Positions 27,400 to 38,139 of a stretch of 64,000 bases of DNA are shown here, piece by piece (position 1 is the stretch's first letter; each line of letters begins with the position of its first letter). A program made the translations under genes and the position numbers. The notes beneath the pieces were generated by a model. That model saw nothing but the letters and a program-made list of their open reading frames with translations, was not told the DNA's origin and searched no databases. Source of the DNA: Capsulimonadaceae bacterium (lineage in GTDB: Bacteria; Armatimonadota; Armatimonadia; Armatimonadales; Capsulimonadaceae); contig OZ244065.1 in NCBI GenBank assembly GCA_965215505.1, forward strand, positions 128,001 to 192,000. Reading direction: 5' to 3'.

Positions 27400-28524
27400 A
27401 TGAGAGTATCTATGCAGGCCACAATACGCCGTCAGGCGATCATCGGGGGGCTGTGCGTCCTGGCTTTCAGCCACCCGTCGCGGGCGGCGGCACAGGCCAT
27501 GCCGCCTCCGCTCGTACCGCTCGCGGGAACCCCGACGACCGTCCCGCCGGGGTTCCCGCCCATCCCCGGCCTGACGGACCAGTACGGCGATTTCCGGGGG
27601 ATGTTCCAATCGCTGACCGACCCGGCCGTCGCTCCGGCGGCGCAGATGACGCAGCTTGGGGACGACGAGGAGGTCCTGGGTTTGACCCTCGGGGGGAAGA
27701 GCCGCGCCTACCCCGCACGCTTCATCGCCTGGCACCACATCGTCAACGACACCTTGGGCGGGCGTCCCGTCGCCGTGACCTATTGCAGCGTCTGCAACAG
27801 CGGCGTCGCCTACGACCCCGTCGTGGGCGGCACGCGGCGGCTCTTTGGGGTCTTCGGCATCTACCGGGGCGTGATGGCGATGGTTGATCCGAGTACCGAG
27901 ACGGTCTGGTCACACCTCACCGGCGAGGCCCTGCTGGGGCCGGACAAGGGCAAGACTTTGGCGGCCCTGCCACTCGTCAACACGACCTGGGGGGACTGGA
28001 AGCGGCTTCACCCGGACACCACGACCCCAAGCTGGGACACGCCTTATCGCCGGTATTACCGGGCGCGTGTGGTCAGCGGGCGTGATTATTTGCCGTCAAC
28101 ATTCCCTTCTACGCTTAAAGGGCTGACCGACGACCGCCTGATGCCGAACGCCCTGGTGCTGGCCGTCCGGATCGAGGGGAAGCCGCGCGCCTACCCGTTC
28201 GAGGCGCTGGCAAAGGCGGCGGGCGTGGTCCAGGAAACCTTGGGCGGGACGCACGTCGCCGCCTTCTATGCGTCCGACTCCAAAGCGGCTGCCGCGTTCG
28301 ACCGCCGCCTGGACGGGGCTACCTTGGATTTCACCCGCGTCGCCGATCATCCTGGACTGTTTCAGGACAAGGGGACGGCGTCACAGTGGACGGTGGAGGG
28401 GCTGTGCGTGTCGGGGCCGCTGAAAGGCAAGCAGCTTGCGCGGATTTTCTCGCTCCAGGCCGAGTGGTACGGATGGTCCGCCTACTTCCCCCAGACGACG
28501 GTCTATATGACCCCAGGTCAGTAG
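27400..28524 (+). CDS. DUF3179-family secreted protein (CxxC)
   Basis: RAYP..IAWHHIVND.LGG.PVAVTYCSVCNSG, TTWGDWK.LHPDT, WYGWSAYFP. Start at 27400 or 27412. Confidence 0.88.
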   Translation: MRVSMQATIRRQAIIGGLCVLAFSHPSRAAAQAMPPPLVPLAGTPTTVPPGFPPIPGLTDQYGDFRGMFQSLTDPAVAPAAQMTQLGDDEEVLGLTLGGKSRAYPARFIAWHHIVNDTLGGRPVAVTYCSVCNSGVAYDPVVGGTRRLFGVFGIYRGVMAMVDPSTETVWSHLTGEALLGPDKGKTLAALPLVNTTWGDWKRLHPDTTTPSWDTPYRRYYRARVVSGRDYLPSTFPSTLKGLTDDRLMPNALVLAVRIEGKPRAYPFEALAKAAGVVQETLGGTHVAAFYASDSKAAAAFDRRLDGATLDFTRVADHPGLFQDKGTASQWTVEGLCVSGPLKGKQLARIFSLQAEWYGWSAYFPQTTVYMTPGQ

Positions 28525-29201
28525 GCGGTGTCGCGGCTGAACATCTCCGTCACCCAGAACTCGCCGCGCGCGTTGCGGTAGACGCCCAGGCCGATTTTGG
28601 TGAAACGCTTCTCCAGGATGTTCGCCCGGTGGCCGGGGCTGTTCATCAGGGCGCGGTGGCCGTAGTCCACATTGTAAATGTCGTTGGAGACGCTGCAATA
28701 GTAGATGTTCTCGCCCACCAGCAGCGCCTCGGGCGTCGCGCCGCCCCCGTCATGCAGGCCCTTCAAATAGCGGTCCATCGGGGTGTCCAGGCCCGCAGTC
28801 GGCGAATGGTGGTCGAAGTAGCTCAGGGAATACATCTCGCGGGAATGGGCACGGGCGGTGTGGACCAGCAGGGGGTCCACGGCCAGGGCGTTCAGGCCGC
28901 GCGTCGTCCGCTCGGCGTTCACCCTCCCGATAAAGTCCTGTTCGTCGGGGGAGAGCGCCTCGGCGGAGGCGGGCGGGGCCTGGACGGGCGACGGCGTCAC
29001 CCAGACCGCCTGCACCTGGGGCGTCCGCAGGGGGCGCGGGGCCGAGGCCACCAGGACCGGGGCTTTAGCGGCGGGGGCGTTCGTGCCCGCACGGGCATGG
29101 GCCATGGTATCGGCGACCGCCGTCGGCGCACCGACGGTGGGGAGGGGCATGGTATTGACGGCGGCCCAGAAGAAGCCGGCCAGCAAGAGTGATTTGAGCA
29201 T
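28518..29201 (-). CDS. Secreted CAP/SCP-domain protein
   Basis: VNAER, AHSREM..YFDH.SP, GENI, LMNSPGHRANIL. Confidence 0.93.
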   Translation of the reverse strand: MLKSLLLAGFFWAAVNTMPLPTVGAPTAVADTMAHARAGTNAPAAKAPVLVASAPRPLRTPQVQAVWVTPSPVQAPPASAEALSPDEQDFIGRVNAERTTRGLNALAVDPLLVHTARAHSREMYSLSYFDHHSPTAGLDTPMDRYLKGLHDGGGATPEALLVGENIYYCSVSNDIYNVDYGHRALMNSPGHRANILEKRFTKIGLGVYRNARGEFWVTEMFSRDTAY

Positions 29202-29507
29202 CCCGACGGTGACCTTTCAGAACGGAATGGCGAGAACGAAACGACACTCTCATCTTCGGGTCATGGTGGGCATTCCGCAGGGAAGCGGACAAAATCCGGT
29301 ATCTTTACCGCAGGGGAGATTCGGAAACACGAGAGAAACAAATCTATCGTAGGATAGACAGCAGAATACAACATGCAGCGGAGAGGGGCGGCGGGCTTCG
29401 GTTGCGAGAGGGCCTGAAGGTGGAACTCTTTCGTGCCGAAGATAGTCAGAACTGAAGGAAGCCGAAACTATTGACGGGGAGCAGTGTCTAGGTCCCCGAA
29501 CCCTGAT

Positions 29508-29533
29508 GGAACTTTGATTCGGGTCGTGCCGTT
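29508..29533 (+). promoter_or_regulatory. ECF-sigma-type promoter candidate
   Basis: GGAAC-N17-CGTT, 28 nt upstream of ATG 29562. Confidence 0.5.
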
Positions 29534-29561
29534 ATATCTTAATCAGCAGAGGTCATTCACC

Positions 29562-30887
29562 ATGAACAGTGTCGTTCAGCCGGAAACAATGCTCGAGCCA
29601 AACGGCTCCCGCGGGATGGACATCATCCCGCACACCGTCCGCGAATTCGGCGTCGAGGCGCGCAAGCCGGGCAAAGCCTGGGAGGCGGCCTTCAACGGCC
29701 CCATCCAGTCCTGGTCCGACCCGGACACGGGCCAGACGCTCTACGGCGTCACCGTCCGGCTGTCGCGCCTCAAGGACCCCGTCAGCCGCGAGCTGTATTC
29801 CACCAACATCCTCTTCTACATGCCCGAGGCCGAGATGCGCGGGATGCACAACGTCTACGAGATGGCCCAGCGCTTCCCCTTCACGCGCATCCGTGGGCCG
29901 CGCACTCTGACCCCCCTCTGCCCTTCGCGTGAGGGCCGGATGTGGTACGACGCCAACCCCGAGGGCGTCATAATGGAGGACCTGCGTCTGACGCCGGCAG
30001 CGCTGCCCGACGGGCGGCCCGGCTTCTTCGTGACCGGCCAGGGCTACCGGGGCAAGGTGATGTTCCCCGACGGGCGCTTCATCCACGACGTCGGGGTCTA
30101 CGGCGGCTACCTGGACCCGCAGGAGCGTCCGAGCCAGCTCGAGCTTCAGCACCTGTTCGGTGGCATCGAATTCGGCGCGACCCTGACCGATGACGATGAG
30201 GGGCGGCTCCTGGCTGAACTCGGCGAGGGCGTCTGGGTCAAGGGCATCACCGGCGATGCCGCCGACAGGATGCACGTCGAGTCGTACAAGAACTCGGTCA
30301 AGCTGCCCTGCCTGGACGGGCGCAAGACGCTGATCGGGGCGCGCTCGATGAGCGAGACCAAGCAGATCGCCTATTTCGAGAGCCTCTCCGCCGACGGCCT
30401 GAGCGGGTTCCGCATGGGCGGCGTCATTGACGGGCTGAACCGGGCCTTGGGTCTGGAGATCTGGGACCGGGTGCATCGGGTGGGCCTGGGCAGCAACTTC
30501 GTCCCGTGTCCTGAGCTGGACGGCTACATCGGTCTGATCCACGTCGTGCTGGAAAAGAACAACCCGGACTTCCCCGAGACTCTGGACGCCGTGCATCCGG
30601 GCATCAACGAGCAGTATGAGGGCTGGGTGGTGTGGCTGACCTTCGACGCCGGGGGCAGGCCGGTCATCAAGGCCTGCGTCCGGGCCATCACGCCCGACGA
30701 CGTGCCGGCCGGATATGAGGGGGCGGGGGAGCTGTTCGACACCAAGCGGGTCGCTTTCCCGATGTCGCTGTACCGCATCGGTGAGTGCCTGTCGGTGGGC
30801 TATGGCTGGGGCGACCGCGCCCTGTTCCAAGCCGACTTCGACTACAAGACCGTGACGGCACAGCTTTCGAGCCATAGCCGGAACTGA
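29562..30887 (+). CDS. Hypothetical protein, possible five-bladed beta-propeller glycoside hydrolase/phosphorylase (GH130/DUF1861-like)
   Basis: AFNG, MEDLRLT, YKN, VAFPMSL, VGYGWGD resemble GH130 motifs. Confidence 0.55.
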   Translation: MNSVVQPETMLEPNGSRGMDIIPHTVREFGVEARKPGKAWEAAFNGPIQSWSDPDTGQTLYGVTVRLSRLKDPVSRELYSTNILFYMPEAEMRGMHNVYEMAQRFPFTRIRGPRTLTPLCPSREGRMWYDANPEGVIMEDLRLTPAALPDGRPGFFVTGQGYRGKVMFPDGRFIHDVGVYGGYLDPQERPSQLELQHLFGGIEFGATLTDDDEGRLLAELGEGVWVKGITGDAADRMHVESYKNSVKLPCLDGRKTLIGARSMSETKQIAYFESLSADGLSGFRMGGVIDGLNRALGLEIWDRVHRVGLGSNFVPCPELDGYIGLIHVVLEKNNPDFPETLDAVHPGINEQYEGWVVWLTFDAGGRPVIKACVRAITPDDVPAGYEGAGELFDTKRVAFPMSLYRIGECLSVGYGWGDRALFQADFDYKTVTAQLSSHSRN

Positions 30888-30900
30888 CCACTCGCGGCAG

Positions 30901-30941
30901 AAAAAGGCCCGCCCGACTATCAAGAGTCGGGCGGGCCTTTT
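30901..30941. terminator. Bidirectional intrinsic terminator
   Basis: AAAAAGGCCCGCCCGACT..AGTCGGGCGGGCCTTTT. Confidence 0.85.
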
Positions 30942-30963
30942 CCGTTTTTGGTGCCAGCGGCGG

Positions 30964-31461
30964 CTAATGGCTCATGGAGCCGGGCATCCCGTGCATGGGC
31001 GACCCCTGCATCATCGGGTGGTGGGTCATCGTGGCGCGCGCGCCCCCGGCCCGGTGGTAGCCGGCCGCCTCAGCGGCGGCGGCGGTAGGGAAGTAAATGC
31101 GGTTCTGCGCCGCAGGCAGCGCGCCCCGGTCACCCGGCATGTGGTAGACGTGCGAGTTCCTGTTCGCGACGATGCCGCCGCGCATCATGCCCGAACCCCC
31201 CATCATCCCCGGCCGGCCCATCATGCCGGGGTGCCCCATCATGCCCGAATGGCCGGGCATCATGTGCCCGTTCATCATGCCGGGATGACCGAAACTGCCC
31301 GCCATGGGCTGAACCGGCTTGGGCTTTGGGTGGAACAGCTTACCGAAAATGCTGTGATGGACGGGCGGCGGGGGCGGGGGCGTCTGCGCCGTCACGGCGC
31401 TTCCAAGAAGCGTGAGGGCCGCGAGGGCGGCGGAAACGGTGAGTGTTTTTTGCATGGTCAT
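30964..31461 (-). CDS. Secreted Met/His/Gly-rich protein with an Ada-metal-binding-like domain
   Basis: Signal peptide; GHPGMM repeats; IVANRNSHVYHMPG...NRIYFPTAAAAEAAGYHRA. Confidence 0.75.
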   Translation of the reverse strand: MTMQKTLTVSAALAALTLLGSAVTAQTPPPPPPVHHSIFGKLFHPKPKPVQPMAGSFGHPGMMNGHMMPGHSGMMGHPGMMGRPGMMGGSGMMRGGIVANRNSHVYHMPGDRGALPAAQNRIYFPTAAAAEAAGYHRAGGARATMTHHPMMQGSPMHGMPGSMSH

Positions 31462-31547
31462 CTCCTTCGGTGATCCGGATAATCAATCAGCCCGCCAGGG
31501 ACTTTCCGGCGGGCTGATACTTCGTCTGTGCTTCTTCGGTAAGAAGC

Positions 31548-31787
31548 CTACTTCTTCTTCGCCATGTGGTGGGCGATCATGCCGGCGGCGACGCCGGTCG
31601 CGACGGGGTGCTTGTGCATCATGCCGCCGTGCGCGTTCTTCGCCATGTGGTGGGCTACCAGGCCGGCACCGACGCCGGTCGCGGTCGGGTGCTTCTTGAA
31701 CGGGTTCGCCTGGGCGGCGGGCGAGAGGGCCGAGGCCGTCAGGATGGCGAGCGCGGCGGGGATCAGGATCGTGTTCTTCATCGTCAT
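31548..31787 (-). CDS. Small secreted His-rich glycine-zipper-like peptide
   Basis: AAGGAG SD, signal peptide (AAQA|N), two KHP.ATGV.AG..AHHMAK repeats. Confidence 0.75.
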   Translation of the reverse strand: MTMKNTILIPAALAILTASALSPAAQANPFKKHPTATGVGAGLVAHHMAKNAHGGMMHKHPVATGVAAGMIAHHMAKKK

Positions 31788-31813
31788 CTCCTTGGAAGGT
31801 TAATGTTTGCTGT

Positions 31814-31839
31814 AGCGTTCCATGCCCCAAAAAAGTTCC
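31814..31839 (-). promoter_or_regulatory. ECF-sigma-type promoter candidate
   Basis: GGAAC-N17-CGCT upstream of 31787. Confidence 0.45.
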
Positions 31840-31885
31840 CTCTAACCCTAAAAAGCCTGGAGGATGGTTCGAATACTTGCGCGTA

Positions 31886-32596
31886 TCACCGTGCTGCTTT
31901 GCCCTGCCCGGCATACGCCTCGACGCCCGTTAGCAATGCCCGCGCCATCGCCTCCTGACCGGCGGCGGTGCGGATGAATCGGTAATCGTGGTCGTTGGTC
32001 AGGACGCACATCTCGACGGTGAGCGCGGGGACGCGCGAAAAGATGGAGCCGGTCAGCGCCCCCTGCCGGCCGCCGACGCCGGTCTGGGAGTCGCCCTTGA
32101 TGCCCGCGTCCCGCTCCGCCCCGCCTAAAGCGGCGACGACTGCGGGCTGGAAGATGCGGGCCGCCCGACGGGAGGCGGCGATGACGGCGGGGGACGGTCC
32201 CGTCACGCCGAAGCGACGCCCCTGCCGGTCCGGGTAATAAGTGGCCAGCCCAGAATGCTCCCCCGAATCGCAGTGCAGACGCAGCAGCAGATCGGCGTGG
32301 GCGGCATTGGCGATCTCCGCCCGGTGCCGGTTCGCGACGATCTGCCCTTCACTCGTCTTGGTGAGGACGACGGTCGCCCCCGCCCCCTCCAGCAGTGCCT
32401 TGAGCCGCAGCCCGACGACCCAGTTGACGTGCCGCTCGGTCAGCCGCCCGTCGCGGCTTTCCGTGCCCTGGCTCGTGTCCGAGGTGTGGCCGGGGTCGAG
32501 GCAGACGACGAATCCGCGAAGCGGACCAACGCCTCCATCGGCCTTGGCGGGCAGGGGCAGGACGCTCAGGAGCAGCAGGGCGAGAAAGAGTCTCAT
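31886..32596 (-). CDS. N-acetylmuramoyl-L-alanine amidase (Amidase_3), secreted
   Basis: LDPGH, E..VN, R.EIAN..ADLLLRLH, PALTVEM. Confidence 0.9.
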   Translation of the reverse strand: MRLFLALLLLSVLPLPAKADGGVGPLRGFVVCLDPGHTSDTSQGTESRDGRLTERHVNWVVGLRLKALLEGAGATVVLTKTSEGQIVANRHRAEIANAAHADLLLRLHCDSGEHSGLATYYPDRQGRRFGVTGPSPAVIAASRRAARIFQPAVVAALGGAERDAGIKGDSQTGVGGRQGALTGSIFSRVPALTVEMCVLTNDHDYRFIRTAAGQEAMARALLTGVEAYAGQGKAAR

Positions 32597-32844
32597 GCGT
32601 GAGGGCGCACTCCGAGATAGAATAACACGCTCACCGCGATGCCGGCCAGAAGCCCCGCCAGCAGCGCCCCCTGGCGGGTCTTGACGGCCCCGGCGAGTGG
32701 GAAGAGGGCGCAGACCAGGACGCAGGCGAGGACCGCCCCGCCGCGCGCGTGGAACAGCAGGGCGGTCAGCCCGCCGAACAGGGCGCAGAGCGGCAGGACG
32801 AACAGGCCTTGCAGGAAACCTGCGATGTTGGCGCGGGTGAACAT
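32593..32844 (-). CDS. Small membrane protein
   Basis: 3 hydrophobic segments; stop overlaps the amidase ATG. Confidence 0.6.
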   Translation of the reverse strand: MFTRANIAGFLQGLFVLPLCALFGGLTALLFHARGGAVLACVLVCALFPLAGAVKTRQGALLAGLLAGIAVSVLFYLGVRPHA

Positions 32845-32867
32845 GGGATGAGGAGTAAGCGGGGAAG

Positions 32868-32893
32868 AGGGTAGGGACAAGCCCTACCCCTAC
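32868..32893 (-). repeat. Single GTAG-type REP
   Basis: Minus strand GTAGGGGTAGGGCTTGTCCCTACCCT, just downstream of eno. Confidence 0.65.
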
Positions 32894-32907
32894 GGGCCGC
32901 CGTCGCC

Positions 32908-34375
<1,468 letters not shown>

Positions 34376-34408
34376 GTTTTATGTGATTGTACCTCTCCAA
34401 TACCCATT

Positions 34409-35254
34409 TCACGCGGAAGCGCCAAGCGTATCGGTGCGGAGCGACCAATTCAGCGGTGTCCAATCAGCCTGCGGGGAGCCTTCCTTGCGCTGATACGGCC
34501 GCTCCGGGTCCGGCATGACGGCGGTGTTCAGGCCGACCCGGATGTGGGCGTCGTGGTTGGCGGAGCCGCTGTGGACGAGCAGATAGTGCATGAAGATCAC
34601 GTCGCCTGCCGCGCCAGGCAGGGGAACCGGGGTTGCGTAGTCCAGCGCGGGCGGCGTGGTGCTGCCCTTGTCGCCGGTCGCCAGCCAGTGTTCGAATACC
34701 TGCCGGTGACTGCCGGGCCGCACCGTCGTCGCGCCCCCGTAGGCGGCGGTGTCGGTTAAGTAGGCGAAGACGACCAGGAAGAACTTCTCCGGCCAGGCCG
34801 TGACGGCGTGCATCCCGTCTATGTGGTAGCCGTCGGTCGGCGGCTCGAAGGCGGGCGGGCCGGGCCTGGGGAAACTCAGGACGGGGATGAAGCCGCGCAG
34901 TGTGGCCGGGGACATGCCCCGACTGTCCAGGAAGGGGCTGTAGGTGACGCCGGGGATGAAATCAGGCCCGACGAGTTCCGCTGCGGCGGCCTCGATCAGC
35001 GGTGTGCGGCAGGCTTCGGTGAAGGCGATGGCGTCCGGGTCCGTACTCATGGCCCGGCCCGCCCAGGTGTCGGGGTCATCAGGGCTGACGCCCATGCGTT
35101 CGAGCAGGCCCGTCTGGGTGGAGGAAACGAGGCTGGCGGGGATCAGGCCGGAGACGCGGACGTAGCCGTCCCGGATGAACTGCCGCCGCTGCTCGGCGGG
35201 GATGAGTGGCTGAGTGGCTGTGTCAGTGTCCATGGGTTTATGGGGATCAGTCAA
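34409..35254 (-). CDS. Phytanoyl-CoA dioxygenase-family Fe(II)/2OG protein
   Basis: F.RDGY, YHIDG (HxD), T.V.PGSH, GDVIFMHYLLVHSG. Confidence 0.85.
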   Translation of the reverse strand: MTDPHKPMDTDTATQPLIPAEQRRQFIRDGYVRVSGLIPASLVSSTQTGLLERMGVSPDDPDTWAGRAMSTDPDAIAFTEACRTPLIEAAAAELVGPDFIPGVTYSPFLDSRGMSPATLRGFIPVLSFPRPGPPAFEPPTDGYHIDGMHAVTAWPEKFFLVVFAYLTDTAAYGGATTVRPGSHRQVFEHWLATGDKGSTTPPALDYATPVPLPGAAGDVIFMHYLLVHSGSANHDAHIRVGLNTAVMPDPERPYQRKEGSPQADWTPLNWSLRTDTLGASA

Positions 35255-35864
35255 AATCCGTCGGCCAGTCCGGATGGCGGTCGTGGTCGAAGAAGCGCGC
35301 GATCTGCTCTGCGGTGACGCGCTCGACGGACAGAGGCGGGAGCGCGTTCAGAGCGAAGAAGTCCACGCCGTCGGTTTCACTGCTGAGGGCAGGACTGCCG
35401 CCGGTGATCTCGCAGCGAAAGAACGCCTTGTAAACGTGGAATGCCATCGGCGGGTGGCCGTGGAGGTTCCGGTCGTAGAGGGCCAGCAGCTTGACGGCTT
35501 TGGCCTCGTAGCCCGACTCCTCGTGAATCTCCCGCTCCACGGCAAAGCCAGGCGCATTGCCGACATCCGCCCAGCCACCGGGCAGCGTCCACAGCCCGTC
35601 CGACCGTTCGCGGACTAATAGCACCTTATCGTCCTGGATGACCACGCCGCGCACGTCCACTTTGGGGGTCGCGTAACCTTCTTCAGCCCGGAACAGGCCG
35701 GCGAGTTCCGGTGGCTCCGCGCCGAGCGGGGCCGCCAGCATCTCGGCGGCGATCTGGCGCAGCTCCTCGTACCGCTGGCGGTCGTAGGGGTCTTTGGCGA
35801 AGGTCAGACCTGTCTGCGACAGCGCCTGTATCTTCTGCGCCCACTGTACGAGTGCCTCGTCCAA
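35247..35864 (-). CDS. Nudix hydrolase (YjhB-like)
   Basis: QTGLTFAKDPYD, GYATPKVDVRG, Nudix box PGGWADVG...EREIHEESG. Confidence 0.93.
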   Translation of the reverse strand: MDEALVQWAQKIQALSQTGLTFAKDPYDRQRYEELRQIAAEMLAAPLGAEPPELAGLFRAEEGYATPKVDVRGVVIQDDKVLLVRERSDGLWTLPGGWADVGNAPGFAVEREIHEESGYEAKAVKLLALYDRNLHGHPPMAFHVYKAFFRCEITGGSPALSSETDGVDFFALNALPPLSVERVTAEQIARFFDHDRHPDWPTDFD

Positions 35865-35866
35865 GT

Positions 35867-36790
35867 CTACGCTCCTTCCAGAACGGCCCGCGCCTGGGCG
35901 GCGAACGGGGAGCGCAGGGCCAGCGCGATCTGCGTCTCGATCAGGCCTTCCGGGATGCCCATGTCGTGCCGGACGCCCGCGACCTCGCAGGCCAGGTATC
36001 GGCCCCGCTCCAACAATAGCTCTTGGGCCGAGGTGAGCTGGATCTCGCCCCGCACACGCTGGTCGTGGCCGATCAGATATTCCAGGCAGTCGAAGATCGC
36101 GGGTGGGAAGGCGTGGGTGCCGAAATGGACCAGATACTCGCCGTCCGGCAGGCCCGGCGTTTTCAGGTGCGCGCGGGCGTACTCCGGCGTGGGCTTTTCG
36201 AATAGCGCCCGGAGTTCGTAGACGGGCGGCTGCGCGCCCGGCAGGGGTGTGCCGGCGATGGTGCCGTAGCGGTAGAGCTGGGCCTCGGGGACGCGCGACA
36301 CGGACGTCATCGGGGCCTGATGCGCTTCATAGGCCGTCATCACCTGGCGGGCGCAGCGGTCCGCCGTGTCCGAAAAGTAGATATGGTCGCCCAGGGTGAG
36401 CAGGAACGGCTCGTCGCCCACCCACTCCCGTGCCTGGTAGACGGCATGGCCGTAGCCTTCCTGCGTCTCCTGAACCACGAAGGTCAGCCGCGCCGCCATG
36501 TCGGCCAGAGCGTCCGCGAGCGGCGTCATCCACTCCTTGCCCGGCGAGACGGATAGGGCTGGGCCCTGGAAGTGAAGGCGCATCGGCTCGACGTTGGCCG
36601 GGTTGGCGATGACGCAGACCTCCTCAATGCCCGAGGCAAGCAGCTCTTCCACTAATATCTGCACGGTCGGCTTGGCATAGCCGTCCACATCCACCAGGGG
36701 GAACAGCTCCTTCTGGACCGTCTGCGAGGCGGGGTATTGACGAGTCCCGCGCCCCGCCGCCGTGATGACGCCCTTGCGAATGCCGGTCAT
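35867..36790 (-). CDS. UTP-glucose-1-phosphate uridylyltransferase-like nucleotidyltransferase
   Basis: ITAAGRGTRQYPAS..VQKE, QEGYGHAV, LGDH, EKP, GEIQLT. Confidence 0.88.
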   Translation of the reverse strand: MTGIRKGVITAAGRGTRQYPASQTVQKELFPLVDVDGYAKPTVQILVEELLASGIEEVCVIANPANVEPMRLHFQGPALSVSPGKEWMTPLADALADMAARLTFVVQETQEGYGHAVYQAREWVGDEPFLLTLGDHIYFSDTADRCARQVMTAYEAHQAPMTSVSRVPEAQLYRYGTIAGTPLPGAQPPVYELRALFEKPTPEYARAHLKTPGLPDGEYLVHFGTHAFPPAIFDCLEYLIGHDQRVRGEIQLTSAQELLLERGRYLACEVAGVRHDMGIPEGLIETQIALALRSPFAAQARAVLEGA

Positions 36791-36800
36791 GGGGAATGCC

Positions 36801-37427
36801 TTACTTGGCGTCCTGCCAGAGTGCGCGGATGTCTATCGCCCGCATGTTGGCCCGCCGAGCGGCTTCCAGACCGGGGTCGCCGTCCTCATAGACGATGCAG
36901 TCGGCGGGGGCCGCGCCGAGCCGCTCGGCGGCGAGCAGGAACAGGTCCGGGGCGGGCTTGCCGTGGACTACGTCATCGGCGGTGACGATCACGTCGAAGA
37001 GGGAGATCAGGCCCGTCCGGGTCAGGGTTTCGCGGACGACGCGCCCGAAGCCGCTGGAAGCGACCGCCATCGGCACCTGACCATGGTGCGCCCGCGCGAT
37101 GTCGGCGACGGCTTTGATCTCCTCGACGGTGTGCAGCAGTTCCAGGTAGCGATGCTCCTTGTCCTCCTGCGTCTTCTCGATGTCCAGCCCGTAGCCGAAC
37201 TCGCGGTTCAGGTCCTCGATGATGGCCTGGTTGGGCCACCCGCCCATCCGGTAGAAGTTTTCTTCGGTCAGGTCCGCCCCGAAGGACTGGAGCGAGGCCG
37301 CCCAGGCTTTGAAGTGGTTCGGCATGGTGTCGGCGAGTGTGCCGTCACAGTCGAAAATCAAAGCCTTAAAGGGCTGCGGCGGGGCGATGCGTGTGATGTC
37401 CATGGGTGTCTTTCGGGTGTCAGCCAT
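36801..37427 (-). CDS. HAD-superfamily sugar-phosphate phosphatase (YqaB/beta-PGM-like)
   Basis: IFDCDGTLADT, VASS, GKPAPD, YEDGD.G. Confidence 0.92.
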   Translation of the reverse strand: MADTRKTPMDITRIAPPQPFKALIFDCDGTLADTMPNHFKAWAASLQSFGADLTEENFYRMGGWPNQAIIEDLNREFGYGLDIEKTQEDKEHRYLELLHTVEEIKAVADIARAHHGQVPMAVASSGFGRVVRETLTRTGLISLFDVIVTADDVVHGKPAPDLFLLAAERLGAAPADCIVYEDGDPGLEAARRANMRAIDIRALWQDAK

Positions 37428-38139
37428 TGCGCTGGCCGTAATAGGCGTCCTTACCGTGTTTGCGGAGGAAATGCTTGTCCAGGATGGCCTGCGGCGTGGT
37501 CGTGGCTTCGGGGTTCAGGGCTTCGGTCTGCAACGCTAATCCGGCGACTTCTTCCATGATGACGGCGTTCTCGACGGCCTTGGCGACGGTCGTTCCCCAG
37601 GCGAACGGGGCGTGGTAGGAGAGCATGACACCAGGCAGGTGCAGCGGGTCCAGGCTGTTGGAGTGGAAATGTTCGGCGATGACGACGCCCGTGTTCCACT
37701 CGTAGGCTTCTTGAATCTCCTCGGTCGTCAGCGGGCGGCAGAGGGGAACGGGACCATAGAAGGTGTCGGCGTGGGTCGTCCCGTAGCAGGGGATCTCGCG
37801 GCAGGCCTGCGCCCAGCTCGTCGCGTGGCGCGAGTGGGTGTGGGCGATCCCACCGATGGCGGGGAACTGCTGATAGAGGCAGACGTGGGTCGGGGTGTCT
37901 GAGGAAGGCCGCAGGCGCTCGCCGGGCAAAGGCTCCCCCGTTTCCAGTGAAACCAGCACGATGTCTTCGGGCTGTAGCTTATCGTAGGCCACGCCGCTCG
38001 GCTTGATGGCGACGATGCCGCGCTCGCGGTTGACGGCGCTGGCATTGCCCCAGGTCAGCACGACCAGGCCGGCCTCGACCAGCTTCATGTTGGCGAGGTA
38101 GACCGCTTCTTTGAGTTGGCCGAGGAAAACGTCAGACAT
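37420..38139 (-). CDS. araD: L-ribulose-5-phosphate 4-epimerase
   Basis: LTWGNAS, IKPSGV, PSSDTPTH, HTHS, HADTFYG, RKHG..AYYGQ. Confidence 0.96.
   Translation of the reverse strand: MSDVFLGQLKEAVYLANMKLVEAGLVVLTWGNASAVNRERGIVAIKPSGVAYDKLQPEDIVLVSLETGEPLPGERLRPSSDTPTHVCLYQQFPAIGGIAHTHSRHATSWAQACREIPCYGTTHADTFYGPVPLCRPLTTEEIQEAYEWNTGVVIAEHFHSNSLDPLHLPGVMLSYHAPFAWGTTVAKAVENAVIMEEVAGLALQTEALNPEATTTPQAILDKHFLRKHGKDAYYGQRNG

Noticed and set aside
27400..28524. Selenoprotein version of DUF3179
   Set aside because: The CxxC is encoded by ordinary Cys codons and there is no in-frame TGA.
29202..29400. Possible c-di-AMP or c-di-GMP riboswitch upstream of the CAP gene
   Set aside because: No consensus elements recognised on either strand.
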